Positions 10,301 through 21,477 of a stretch of DNA of 64,000 nucleotides are shown in pieces. The notes under the pieces are model-generated. The model searched no databases, was not told the origin of the DNA, and was given only the letters and a program-made list of their open reading frames with translations. Each line of letters opens with the position of its first letter. The first letter of the stretch is position 1. Origin of the DNA: Selaginella moellendorffii. Its lineage: Eukaryota > Plantae > Lycopodiophyta. Location of the stretch: the NCBI RefSeq assembly GCF_000143415.4, contig NW_003314365.1:385181-449180 (forward strand), in the 5' to 3' direction. Made by a program: the position numbers and the translations under genes.

Positions 10301-12996
10301 CTGCACAAGCTAAGGTCACGTGAGGCCTCACGCCATTTTGATTATAGATCGTTGTGAATATTCAGACACGAGGACTGAAAAGCGCACTGGTGGCGCATCG
10401 AAGAAGGACAAACAGAAAAGCAATAGGAAAAAAGGAGGTACAAATTATATTTGCAATGGCGTGTGGTCTCATGCCATTCCTTGCAGGAGAAACTTCTTCA
10501 AAGGCAAAACAGGCAAGCACCAGCCAAGCTCAAACTGACAGTGGTCATAAAAAGCGAAAGCACGTTGGACAGTCGTCGAGATCAGAGGCGTTTGATTCGA
10601 AAAGGAAGAAGGGCAACGAAAAGATGATAGGTAATGCCTCGCGGTTATGGCGTGTGTGCTCATGCCATTCATTGCAGATCAAGGGCTGAGTGAAACCAGG
10701 CAGTCACCACCTCATGACTCAGATTCCTATGGCGGACTCCCCTTCCCCAATCTCAATGGAGAGGTACAATGGATGAGGGAAGCTTTTCAAGGCAAGGCCA
10801 CGTTTTTCTCATCTCGTCGTCTTCGAAGGGTGCAAGAACGTGCAGAAACCATGTTAAGACAGTCGGGTGAGGATACGGTCCTAGGTCACGCACTAAAACA
10901 GGCTATGGATGTCTTGTATTTTGAGATGGAGACTCGGCCAGATGATTTTCCCAAGATGGTCCTGGAAGAACAAGCCATCCAGCCTGAGCAGCCTATGGAA
11001 GAAATGCAGGAGGGGGATGAGGAGCCAGAGAAAGATAATGAGCAAGAAGAGCAGAAGGACGAAGAGGAGGACAAAGAAGAGGAGGACGAAGAAGAGGAGG
11101 ACGAAGAGGACTTGGATGGTCCTCACAATGGTGACGATCACAATAACGACGACGACGATGATGACGACGATGGCCAGCCTGAGGTGGCCAAAGAGCGGCG
11201 GAGGAAGGTCATACAAGACAAACCATCAGGTAAATAATAATACATCCATTCCTAACCTTTTACCATTTCTAACATTGTCCATGTAGGTCGCAGAGCAAAT
11301 GGTAAGTAGAGATTATTCAGTTGAATTTACAAACTCTAGCCTTTAGTGTCGAGGAAGGATAGTGCCAAGCAAGGGTCGAAACGTATGTCCAATCCTTCAG
11401 AATCAGCAGTGCGCCCAAGTGATATCGGTCCTAGTTCCTCAATAGCAGTTGATGGTAAATACAGTATAGTCGATTCAATGTGCTAATGAGTTTGTTTTTA
11501 GTAGCACGGGAGGATACCATCTCAATCGAAGGGAGATATTTGGACATGCATATGGATCCGCCAGTGGACTCTACTTGGCTGCAAGAGTCATCAGAGCTGG
11601 TGGAGGCTACTATCCATATCAACGCCAAGCAAGCTGACCACGCTCCACTTGATGCTGCCCATACCACTGAGTCAATCTTGTCCACGTATCCAACTGACGG
11701 TGACCAGGCGCCATTGGACCCACATGAGGCCGCCCCAGCCGCCGAGCCGGTCGTATCCTCATTTCTAACGGATTCAACGTGTGCCCAATCGTCTGACTAC
11801 GCGCCGTTGGAACCTCCCTACACCGCCCCTGTTGCCTGTTCGGTCATGTCCACTTTGCCAACGGAGGCACCAGCTGAAATGGCGTGTGATCACACGCCAT
11901 CGGAACCACCCCATGCCACTGTTGAGCCAGTTGTACCAGAGTCTACAGCTGAAATGGCATGTGCCCACACGCCATCGGATGCGATTGACCCCACATTGCA
12001 GAGGAGAGTATTTCCGCCCTTCACGTTTCCTCGACCAAAACCCTCTCAACGACCATCGGGAGCAACATTTGCTAATATTGTAGATGGTAAAATTGACTTG
12101 TACCATTTTTTATGCTGACGCATTTCATTTCAGAGTCACGGCGAAGGTACTGTATCGTTTTTGATCTGAACGGTGTCCTTTTCTCCCATGAGCGTGGCTC
12201 GTCCTCGAATGTCATTGCACCCTCCAAAGCCTGCGGTCGCAAGTTGGTCAAAAGAGACAGATTCACATTAATCACACGGGAGAAACTGCGGGATCTAATA
12301 ATGACCATGCGACACTTAAAACAGAGGGCCGGGTTCAATTTGCAATTGGGAGTTTTGACATCCATGATGCGCCACAATGCATTAACATTGCTACAGATGA
12401 TGCACGATCAGACGCGAGTAATATTACCATTTGACTTTCTCCTAACGCAGGAGGATTGCTTGACTATGGTCCATGTGAGGGGTAGCAAGCCCATCTTCGT
12501 CAAGCCAGAGGCTGTAGTGATGAACCGGACTGCTAGCTCAAGTGAAATCCTCATCATCGATGACTCGCCGATTAAAACTGCAGCGAACACGCACACATAT
12601 GCAGTGCACCCCATCTCTTGCAGTATGGAAACTAGGGAGAAGAAACCGTATGTTCTGGGGGACCTTGCAAAATGGCTTGGAGCGATGGTGATAGAGAACC
12701 GGCCAGTCCAGGAGGTGGCTGCAGAAATCAACCAAATGGCAGATGGAACGGTATATCAGAAGCCATTTGATCGGACAGACACTAGTCATCATTTATGGCA
12801 TGTATATTGTCTAGCCAAGCACTATCCGCATCTCCATAATCTGCTCAACCGGATGGGTTCTTCGACCACTGAACATGAGCGTGGACGTATTAGAGAAGAG
12901 ATGGCATTACTATTGGGTTTAAATCCTGATAGTGTGGAGAGTGATGAAATTCCAAGATTATTGTATAGGCGTTGGAGGCAAAAAATAACAGTCTGA
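7374..12996 (+). CDS. Gene B copy 1: 11-exon cargo gene (~1640 aa) with ParB/DGQHR-like, degenerate MTase-like, acidic/Pro-rich and FCP1/NIF HAD phosphatase regions
   Basis: Hand-built model: exons 7374-7376, 7616-8794, 8849-10172, 10223-~10309, 10366-10437, 10487-10630, 10678-11229, 11287-11301, 11347-11454, 11505-12086, 12134-12996. GT-AG introns join the ORFs 7595-10189, 10647-11237, 11480-12118 and 12112-12996 in phase. The intron-4 donor is non-canonical (caag|ctaagg), so that junction is uncertain. Confidence 0.72.
7402..7423. promoter_or_regulatory. Representative copy of the element-wide 22-bp palindrome ATGGCRTG-N6-CAYGCCAT (putative protein-binding site)
   Basis: ATGGCATGAGGCCACATGCCAT. 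Related copies at ~846, 2238, 2295, 4124, 4194, 4292, 6713, 7479, 7539, 8816, 10315, 10456, 10647, 11879, 11954 and 13031, plus partial copies. Presence is certain; function is inferred. Confidence 0.7.
8285..8720 (+). other. ParB/Srx (DGQHR-type)-like domain within gene B
   Basis: IDVSCIDI..NHRLVSDEWVEKLKQKM..IADVI..FYAVSGQHSSLAMQEI resembles the R..V..L..M and Y.I.DGQHR..A layout of ParB N-terminal/DndB domains. The conserved R is replaced by S. Assigned by eye only. Confidence 0.55.
12134..12996 (+). other. HAD-superfamily FCP1/NIF-type phosphatase domain (last exon of gene B)
   Basis: Motif I IVFDLNGVL, motif II GVLTS, LTQEDC, KPIFVKP, motif IV ILIIDDSPIK..N...AVHP, matching the DLNG subfamily of NIF/CTD-like phosphatases. 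Confidence 0.82.
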
Positions 12997-13414
12997 GATG
13001 GCATGTATTTATTTAAAAATGTAACTTATTATGGCATGGGGTTCCATGCCATTGTATTAATATTAAAAGACAATTCTTTGAGAGGATTTGCATTATACTA
13101 GAAGTGTTACAGCATGTTATTGGAAGTCTACGAAGTTGTTTTATTAATAATGGGAAAGTAAAGATTGAATGGGGACTTGGGCTCCACCTAGACTCGGAGC
13201 AACTGAGCCAATATTAAAAGGATGGAAAGAAATTGGACGACGATGACAAGGAGAAGAGAGAGGTGAAGCAGTGGCAGGGGGAGGAGAAGTGATTGAGTAG
13301 ACATTTCCTTGTTTAAAATAAAATGGCATGTGCCTCAATGCAGTTGAATTTTGTTATATTTATATACTATATAAAGGTTTGGAAACCTTATTTTACAAGT
13401 GGGATAATGACAAT

Positions 13415-13438
13415 TCCCACTTTAACGAAATAGAGCTT
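13415..13438 (-). repeat. Right TIR of copy 1
   Basis: tcccactttaacgaaatagagctt followed by the TSD AGTT. Confidence 0.92.
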
Positions 13439-13440
13439 AG

Positions 13441-15035
13441 TTAGTGGTACCTCCTCAGCACATCTACCCATTTGTCAAAAACAACTTTTGTCGTGAGTAG
13501 AATGCTATGGATGCTGAGTGTGTCATTGACCCCTAGTGTTTTCGAGAGAAGACTCGAGAATTCCTGCAATGGAAATGGCGTGAGGCCACATGCTATGCCA
13601 CATGCAACGAGGCTTACCTGCCAAGCGCTAGTTGCTAGTGCACGTCCTTGTCCTGGTTTTTGTGGCTTCTTCAGTTGAACCCAGAGCTTCCGTGTTCGTG
13701 CCAATGTCTCGTGCAGACCCGATTTGTAGCACGTTTCTTGCTTGACATTCTGCGCATGGGAGATGTATATGATAGATCGGAGGGGCGAGTTGCCTTTTAT
13801 CAGGCGGACAACTCTTGTCTTGAAGACTTTCTTCACCTCCTCGCCCACCATAATATCCACAACTATCTCTTGCATCGCCAAGCTAGAATGCTGCCCGGAG
13901 ACGGCATAGAACCGGATGTTCTGATCGTCCAACACCTTCCTATTGATCAAGTCTGGAAACCTCGTCTCGCCCTTCATTGTTCGGTAGTAGGGGATCACGT
14001 CTGCGATGTCGAGTGTTACTAGACTTGCCAGCATCTTCTGCTTCAGTTTCTCCACCCACTCATCAGATACTAGCCTGTGGTTGTATTTGCTTTGGATGTC
14101 GATACGGCTCACGTCGATTGTATATACTTTGTTGGAATAGTAACAAGTACTATTATCTGCGACGATTTTTGCTGCCTCTTCTTGCTCTTTCTGCTCTTTG
14201 CGGCTCTTCTTTTTGGTGGGTGTAGTGTTCGAACCCGAGGCAATGGCATCACCGAGTAGCTTCTTTTTTGGAGGAGAGTCAGACGTCGGCTTGAGCTTGA
14301 CCATGCTTTTCTGCTTCAGGGTAGTTTCCAGATCGACCCCCTTCCCCTTCGCTTCGTGAACTAGAGGCACTCTTAACGGCTCAATGTTGGAATATAGTTT
14401 TTGAACATCGCCGTAGGTGTGGTCTATGGATTCCATGTGATCTTCATAGACCTGCAGCGTCTTTAAAATTGTGGGCCTCCTGGACAACCTCTCCCTAGCT
14501 CCCTCTAGGAATTCCTCATAGCCGCTGCCCCCCTCCAGGAAGCCGGTAGGATGTGCAAGGTGGATCTTGAAGACAGACGCTGTCTCTACCACAAGTGCCA
14601 GTCCATATTCTTGCATGGAACTGCATGGAGTGTCTGTCACTTGGATGAGGATCCCCATGCATTCTTTTCTCCCACCATCTGTGTTGTACAGCCTCAGATC
14701 CTCGCCTTCCATCCCGAAAGCCCAACTGGTGAGCTTCTCCCCCTTCTCTGCATCCACATTGACAGTGGCTGGAAGAAGAACGCAATTCCTCGCTTGTTCA
14801 GAAATGCACAACAATTAGAGCTGACAGATGAAAAGCTAGCAGCTGGAAATAACGTGAGGCCACACGCCATTCACCACTGCATCAGATGTCTTGAGGCTGC
14901 ATCCTAAGATGGCGTGAGGCTACACGTCATCTGTAACCGGACTGCACTCGAGAGCCCAATCGGTGCATGCCAATGTTGCTACTAAATGGCATGTGGCCTC
15001 ATGCCATTTTCTACTTGGCCTAAAAGACTTACCAT
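13441..15035 (-). pseudogene. Gene B copy 2, 3'-truncated (N-terminal and ParB-like part only)
   Basis: ORF 13441-14814 is nearly identical to the first 457 codons of ORF 7595-10189 and ends at a TAA created by the junction. The ATG/gtaagt first exon is conserved at ~15033-15035. Confidence 0.8.
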
Positions 15036-18000
15036 TTGAAGCCGAATGAAGGCATGACAACCGGACTCGCTGGTGAATGTGCACTGTGTGTGCAGCGGAT
15101 TGTAGCAGCAAGGCTACTCTGCCACTTACAGTTGGAGAGTGGCGCTGAAATCTCCCGGGACGCCAAGTGGGCTGCGTGTGGGTGGCAGAGTGGGCAGCGG
15201 AGTTGGCGGCGAAGTTACAAACTGGGTGTGTCTTGAAGTGGACGCCGATGCACACGAGCGCGATGCGAGTGCTAGTGTGATGCAAGCGCGAGTGGATGCC
15301 GCTGCACACGAGAAACCTGTAGAGAAGGTAGATGAGCGCGAATGTGAGTGTGATCGCGAGTGGGAGCGCGATGCGAGCGCAAGTGTGCGAGCGCGAGTAC
15401 GAAGCAAAATGCAAAACTTAACCTCACACGCGCGAAATGTCACGACAGTTGGTAATCCTGCCATGTCATCATTCCTCGGACTTGGGCGCCACCATTAATT
15501 TCTGGATCGCCGTGCGTATGCATGCACGTGAACTCCAAAAGAAATCCGCAACGTCATCATTCCTCAGACTGCATGCACGCGAAATCCAAAAGAAAGATCA
15601 TGATTGGGATATCATTTAATACCCTTGCTATATTTATACCATGCATGATTGGATATTCCAAAGCATCTTGTATTTCCAAAAATGCCAGATGTTCAGCTAA
15701 ATAAATTGTCAGAGGATTTGATGTGACGTTCAAGCGTGTGGGCTCATGCAATTTTGATCCCAAAAAATGCACTAAAAAATGCTCGGCGTCATCTGGCGTT
15801 ATCTCTTGAATGGCGTGGGGCCGCATGCCATTTTCAGGGGCACATAGGAGTATATTCCTAGAATATTCTGACATGCACGAGATTGTTTTGAGTTTTCTGG
15901 AGATCCAACCGTTAGATCGCAACTAGATTTTATAGAATGGTATACAATGTCCTTCTTGATGACCCTGCAAAGAGGCATCTCGATCGGACACCACATTAGA
16001 CCACACGAGCCTTACAATGTTTCAGGGGCATTTGCCATAGATCCGACCGTTATTTTGCTCCAAGATTCTACAGTTTGGTGTGCATTGACCTTTCTATCGA
16101 CACTGCAAAGAGACATCACAATCAGATGTGGGATCACAAGAAACCAACTTCACTAACTCTGGTTTCACCAAGATCTACGTAAGGAGTTATGAAATGAAAG
16201 GACCCTCTCTATTGAAATGTGTTTATGGTCCTAGGGGCATTGTGACATATCAAAGGATTTTGCATCAAGTTCTATATTTGCATGTTTATCAAGCTACTGA
16301 ATTGCTAAACCCTAAACCCTAAACCCTAAACATGTGGCAAATGCTGCGTGAAGAAAGATGCCCTTTCTGGGCAAATGCTGTAAGAGGCAGATGCCAAGCA
16401 GATGTATCTCAGGCTAGCGAAGGGGACAAACGAAAGCTAGCTATAAACATGACGGGATGCAAATAGATTACTAGGCTGGTCCTGCGAAAATCAAAAACCA
16501 TAATTGAAAACATTGAAAATGCAAAAACAAAGGTTTATAATATTTTTGAATTTTAAGCAACCAAAGGAATGTAAGTAGGGCATGTGTTTGTAAGTTTAAA
16601 AATGCCTCAACCACTTAAATTCCCAAGTAAATAAAGCTGTTTCTATTTTTGGTACAGGTAAACTTTATAGCGTGTGGGCTCATGCAATTTTGAACCCAAA
16701 AATGCACCAAAAAATGCTCGACTAACATTATTCTTTGAATGGCGTGTGGCCTTATATTGCCATAAATGGACGTACACACACAGCATAATTATTCCTTTAC
16801 ACGGCGAATAATTTTGGCGCGGATCGCTGACACGGCATGGCAAAGTTCGAATCACTGACATGGCACAGCTGGATCGAGGCAAGGACATGATGTGACAAAG
16901 TTCAACCTCCGACAGCAAAGTCTAGAAGCTACTCAGTTTGAAATTTGTCAGAGGAATCATAAGATCTGGTTTGTTAGAGGATTTGATGTGACGTTCAAGC
17001 GTGTGTTATTTTTGAATTCTCGAACTCATTCCTAGGTCTATCATTTTTGTGCGCCGTGTTCTTGGTTCCGCTGAGCGCAGTGAGCGCTGCTTGTGTAAGC
17101 GGTGTTGTGAGCTATGGTTTATGCGTCTACAAGCGGTTGCGGCATTGCGAGCGCCATTGCGAGCGGCAGTTTATGCGAGTGGCAGTTTGTGCGAGCGGCG
17201 GTACGAGCAGTTGCGGTGTTGCGAGTGGCGCTACGAGTAGTTGTGGTGTTGCGAGCGGCACTGTCTTTGGTGTGGCTAACGCTTCCTCTTGATATTCGGC
17301 ACTTGTGCTTCCTGGTATGTTCACCATGGAATGGCTTAGGACCACATTTAGAAATGGCATGAGGCCACATGCCATCTTGGGCCCTTGCAATTTCATGGCT
17401 AGCGTATTGTCATGTATGTTTTTACTTGCCTGCAGCTGTGTGTATATCAAGATGGCATGAGGCCTCATGCCAATTTTGTGAATGCGAAATTTCACGTGGG
17501 TGTCAATAGCATGTTTGAATAATGGCATATGGCCTCATGCTATTTGGTATGTTATGATTTAGGCCATTCTCCAATCATTTTTTGTATGGTCTTAACTTCT
17601 TTTCTGCACTTTCAGAATGGCCTTCAGGGTTGGGGAAAAGGTTTACATTTTGAATGGTGGGAAGAGAGTTGCAAAAGGGACCCTTGTGTCTATGGATCGG
17701 AACTTTGTTATACATTGTCAAAGGCTTGGGGAAGGCAATGCTGCTGTATCAGTAGAGACTGTCTTCGATGGGAATGTGGTCGCTATTGAACGAGGAGAGA
17801 TGGTCGTCGAAGTAAATGTTGTTGTTGCCTTGAAAAATCTACAGAAGAAAGTAGATGTTGGGGACAGCGCAAGTGCGACGCATGTTCCCTCCGTGGATCT
17901 TAAGAACCGTGCTACATGGATTCAGGCAAAGGTGTTTCTAAACAACCCCGAGGGGGAGGTGGTAGCTGAGGGCTTAGCCACAGTTGTCGATCCAAGAGAT

Positions 18001-21000
18001 GCGGTTGCTAATCAAGAATTGGGCTGGGATGATATTGGAGTTGCGATTTTAGAGGTTGTTGACACAGAAGAAAACAGTCTACTATTGGAAGCATTGTGCG
18101 GTGGAAATTGAGGCATTTAGTGTTTGAGAATGTGAAGGATTCACAATCAAACACCACTACAACTGATGACAGAACATCTCTTCATGGGAAAAGAAAGTAC
18201 ACCTTCCTAAAGCGCAGCCAAAGGGATCTGAGCAACGAACCGAAAAGGTAGAAAATGGCGATGGAGGTTCGAATGGTCTCGACAGTTGCTTGTTGCAAGA
18301 GGAGGTGCTGTCAACATGCTGATTGGGATGCTATTAAAGAGGAGAGAGCAAGATACAAGACATTGTCCTGGAAGGCAGCTCGCAATTTTGTGTATGAGGC
18401 ATTACGGTCATTTGTTGATGCTTCAGAACATCAGGTGGGGGGCATGGTCTTCCATAGGGGTTTGGTCTGCATGAAGGCATGGAGAATCATTTATGGAGTC
18501 CCTCGAACCACATTTTACAGAATCAAAACTGAGTTCGAGGAACAAAGGGTTCAACAGGCAGTCCATGGGAACGACGGTACGCACAAAACCAGGGGTCATG
18601 TTGTATATGGAGAGGCAATCTTCAAGAGGTTTGTCGAGACATGTAGCGAGCAGCAACCACATAAAACCCGCCTCTTGGAAGATGGAACACGAGACACCCA
18701 ACGAGTTCTCCCTTCCATGTATACCAAGGGGGCCATATTGGAAGATGTGAATCGGGAACTCCAGAGTAATGGCTACAGGAAGCTGAGCCAATCTAGATTT
18801 AGTAGATTGTGGAGCAACAGGTTCAGGGATGTGAGTATAGGAAAGTACTCCAGCTTTTCAAAGTGTGACGAGTGCACTGCTATCAAAATGGCTTTGTTGA
18901 AGAATTCTTGTAGCGCTCAAGAGCGAGAGACGTTGGTTAGAAGGCGGCTCGACCACAACATCGAGTAGAGAAGCTGCAGGACTGCATATTATCATAACAG
19001 GATTCCCTCCATGGAGAGACCTGACTCTTACCTCTGCATCATCCACAACAAAATGGACCAGAAAAAGACGTGCTTACCTCGACTCAATCCTGCCCCCAAG
19101 GCAATCTCTTCATCCATGCAGCTGCCTGTGTCTCTGTTTGGCATAATCGCTCATGGGCATGGTGCCCAGAACTATGGGAACTTCTTTGTACCTCTATGGG
19201 GTGGCGGGGGTGCAAACATGATGATTGCGTCCCTAGCAAAACACTTAAGGTCTCTGCAAAGTGCGCAGACTGAGCTAAACGGCCAACCCTTGCATAAGGC
19301 CCTTGTCGATCGAACCCCATACAGGGTTCAGCTGGAGGAGGAGCAAAGGCTTGCAGTATCGCGTGGGGCCCCATGCCATCCCAGTGAATATGTTGGCTGT
19401 CAGATTGTAGGGTTATCACGTGAGGCCTCATGCCATTCCGACGAGGCTGGTCGCCCGGTGAATGCACAGCCTCATCCAAACGAAGTAGAATCTCAAGGAA
19501 GTTCTTGTGGCCGATGTGGCCTTCCACCCCATCTTCTGCTCCATAACAGACAATGCTGGCAGTGAGAACAAAAACATGTACATCTTCGCGTACTTAGCGA
19601 TGCTTGTTGCCAAAGGCATATTTGAAACGGTTACACTTGGCTTTCTCATGGTTGGGCATACTCATGAAGATGTCGATGCCATGTTCAGTCACCTGGCAGA
19701 GTCCCTCCGGCGATCCAATGTCCTCACCCTCCCACAACTCTACGATGAATTCCAAAATTGCATCAAAGGCACTATTGAAGCTGCACTTGTGACAGAGGTT
19801 CCAGACTTTAAGGGGTTTGTAAGAGGCTACATCAGGGACGGATCCAAAACGCTGATTGGCCACTCCAAGCCTCTTCAGTTTCATTTCAGCATGCGTGACG
19901 GTGCTCCAGTGATGAGGTACAAGATGAAAGAATGGGACACAGTGTGGCTGCCAGTGGACGGCATTGAACTCTTCAAGAGAGATCCCATAACTGGGGAACC
20001 TATGATTCCTCAGGGTTCCCCACGGCCGATGCACCTGGATGGACTCAAAGACTAGGAAAGTATAGTGGCCGGGATTAGACAGCATATTGCCTTCTGGAAG
20101 AGGGGGTTGGTGTTTGGTGGAGAATCCTATTTTAAGAGGTGCAAGCCTTTGCTCGAATACTGGGAGAAGATTATATCTGCTATCCAAAATGGGCCGGTTG
20201 TATATGAAGAATTGGAAGAGTCCTTTTGGCCAGAACCCAGAGCACCAGATAGTAGCGGAACAATGTCCTCTGGAAATGCAGTGACAGATAACGATGTTGA
20301 GGATCACTATTGTGGGCCGAGGAACAAGAAGCCGGATTCAGCATTCAATGCAGTACAGGTCTGCAAAGGAATGGTCGTGCTTGTCAGACCCAGTAATAAA
20401 AAACAAATGATATGGGTGGGGCGCTGCATCACTGATGCAGAGGAGGACGCGGAAACTAACTCCTTCAATGTAACTATGGAGTGGTTCAAGCCAAGTTCTG
20501 GATATACGAAGGATTGCCTAGAAAAGAGATGGGTGCTGAATCCAAGGGATCCCAACATGAGCATATCAGTGGATAATGTTGTGCATGGTTGGATGTGGAA
20601 GCAGAGTACCACCATCACCTTGCCAGACCATGCAAGAGATGCAGCAAGAGCATTCATAACCCGGGTTCAAGGTGAGATTCATTAATATTCCTTTACTAAG
20701 TTTCTAATGTATTTTATTTCAAGGTGAACAATCCGAATCTGAATCAGAGGAGGCGTGATGGCATGGCATGATGGTGTGAGGCGTGACACCAAAAAGGAGG
20801 TGTCCACTAGCGCTTAGGCTTATAATGGCGTGTGCCCTCATGCCATTTACTTGATCACTAAATACCTTTTTCCCTTTGCACTAGTATATCTTAATACCGG
20901 TCTGAGAAATAGAATGGCATGTGCCCTCAGGCCTTTTACTAAATCACCTTTGAAAGAAATGCAAGCCTCTATGTCGTAAAAAAAAGGTACTAGAGAAATT

Positions 21001-21477
21001 CCTTAATAATATGAATGTTATTTAGTTTCATGAAAATACACTAAGGGTCAAATGAGTTAAATGACTTCTCCAGACTAGCAATGCCTCTTGCTACACCTTC
21101 ACAATTAGATTCGTTAGAAAAAGATAACATTGAATAATATCTAAATGTTCTCACCATTAAGTTATATGTCTGGCTAATAGGAATGATGTTCATCTTGGAA
21201 AGCTCACCATACGCTCAATGAACAAACAAATAATGTGTGCGTGCATGCCATCGCTCTTCTTTAGCTTCAGATTCGGCTTGTTCACCTTGACAATGAGATT
21301 TATTATACAACCAGATGGACTCAATCTGGACACAAAGTCACCGTGCTAGTCACCATGCCCCAGATATGTCTAGCCCCTGGACAAAAAACATATAATTTCA
21401 CGTCATTTTCAAATACTTGAAAATTTGTACCTAGTCCCATTTTACTGAATAAATCCCACTTTAACAAAATAGAGCTT
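13445..21477. mobile_element. Copy 2 of the same transposon, inverted and truncated inside gene B
   Basis: Reverse complement of ~304-8967. Retains one TIR (21454-21477). The other end breaks at ..aggtacca within gene B exon 3. Confidence 0.92.
17617..20685 (+). pseudogene. Gene A copy 2: Sola-like transposase, disrupted
   Basis: Same protein as copy 1. Lesions: 1-bp deletion ~18080, TAG 18249, TAG 18966, +1 insertion ~19543, TAG 20053. The ATG follows an intron acceptor (ttttctgcactttcag). Confidence 0.85.

Larger units (their letters stand above)
304..13438. mobile_element. Complete 13.1-kb TIR DNA transposon, copy 1 (Sola-like), with two divergent genes
   Basis: Perfect 24-bp TIR AAGCTCTATTTCGTTAAAGTGGGA at 304-327 and 13415-13438. 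AGTT lies on both sides (300-303, 13439-13442). The empty paralogous LTR site at ~36240 reads agttagtctct, and the right flank continues agttagt. Encodes a DDD transposase. Confidence 0.9.

Noticed and set aside
846-13052. CRISPR-like array from the recurring palindromes
   Set aside because: Spacing is irregular (57 bp to kilobases), the context is eukaryotic, and there are no cas genes.
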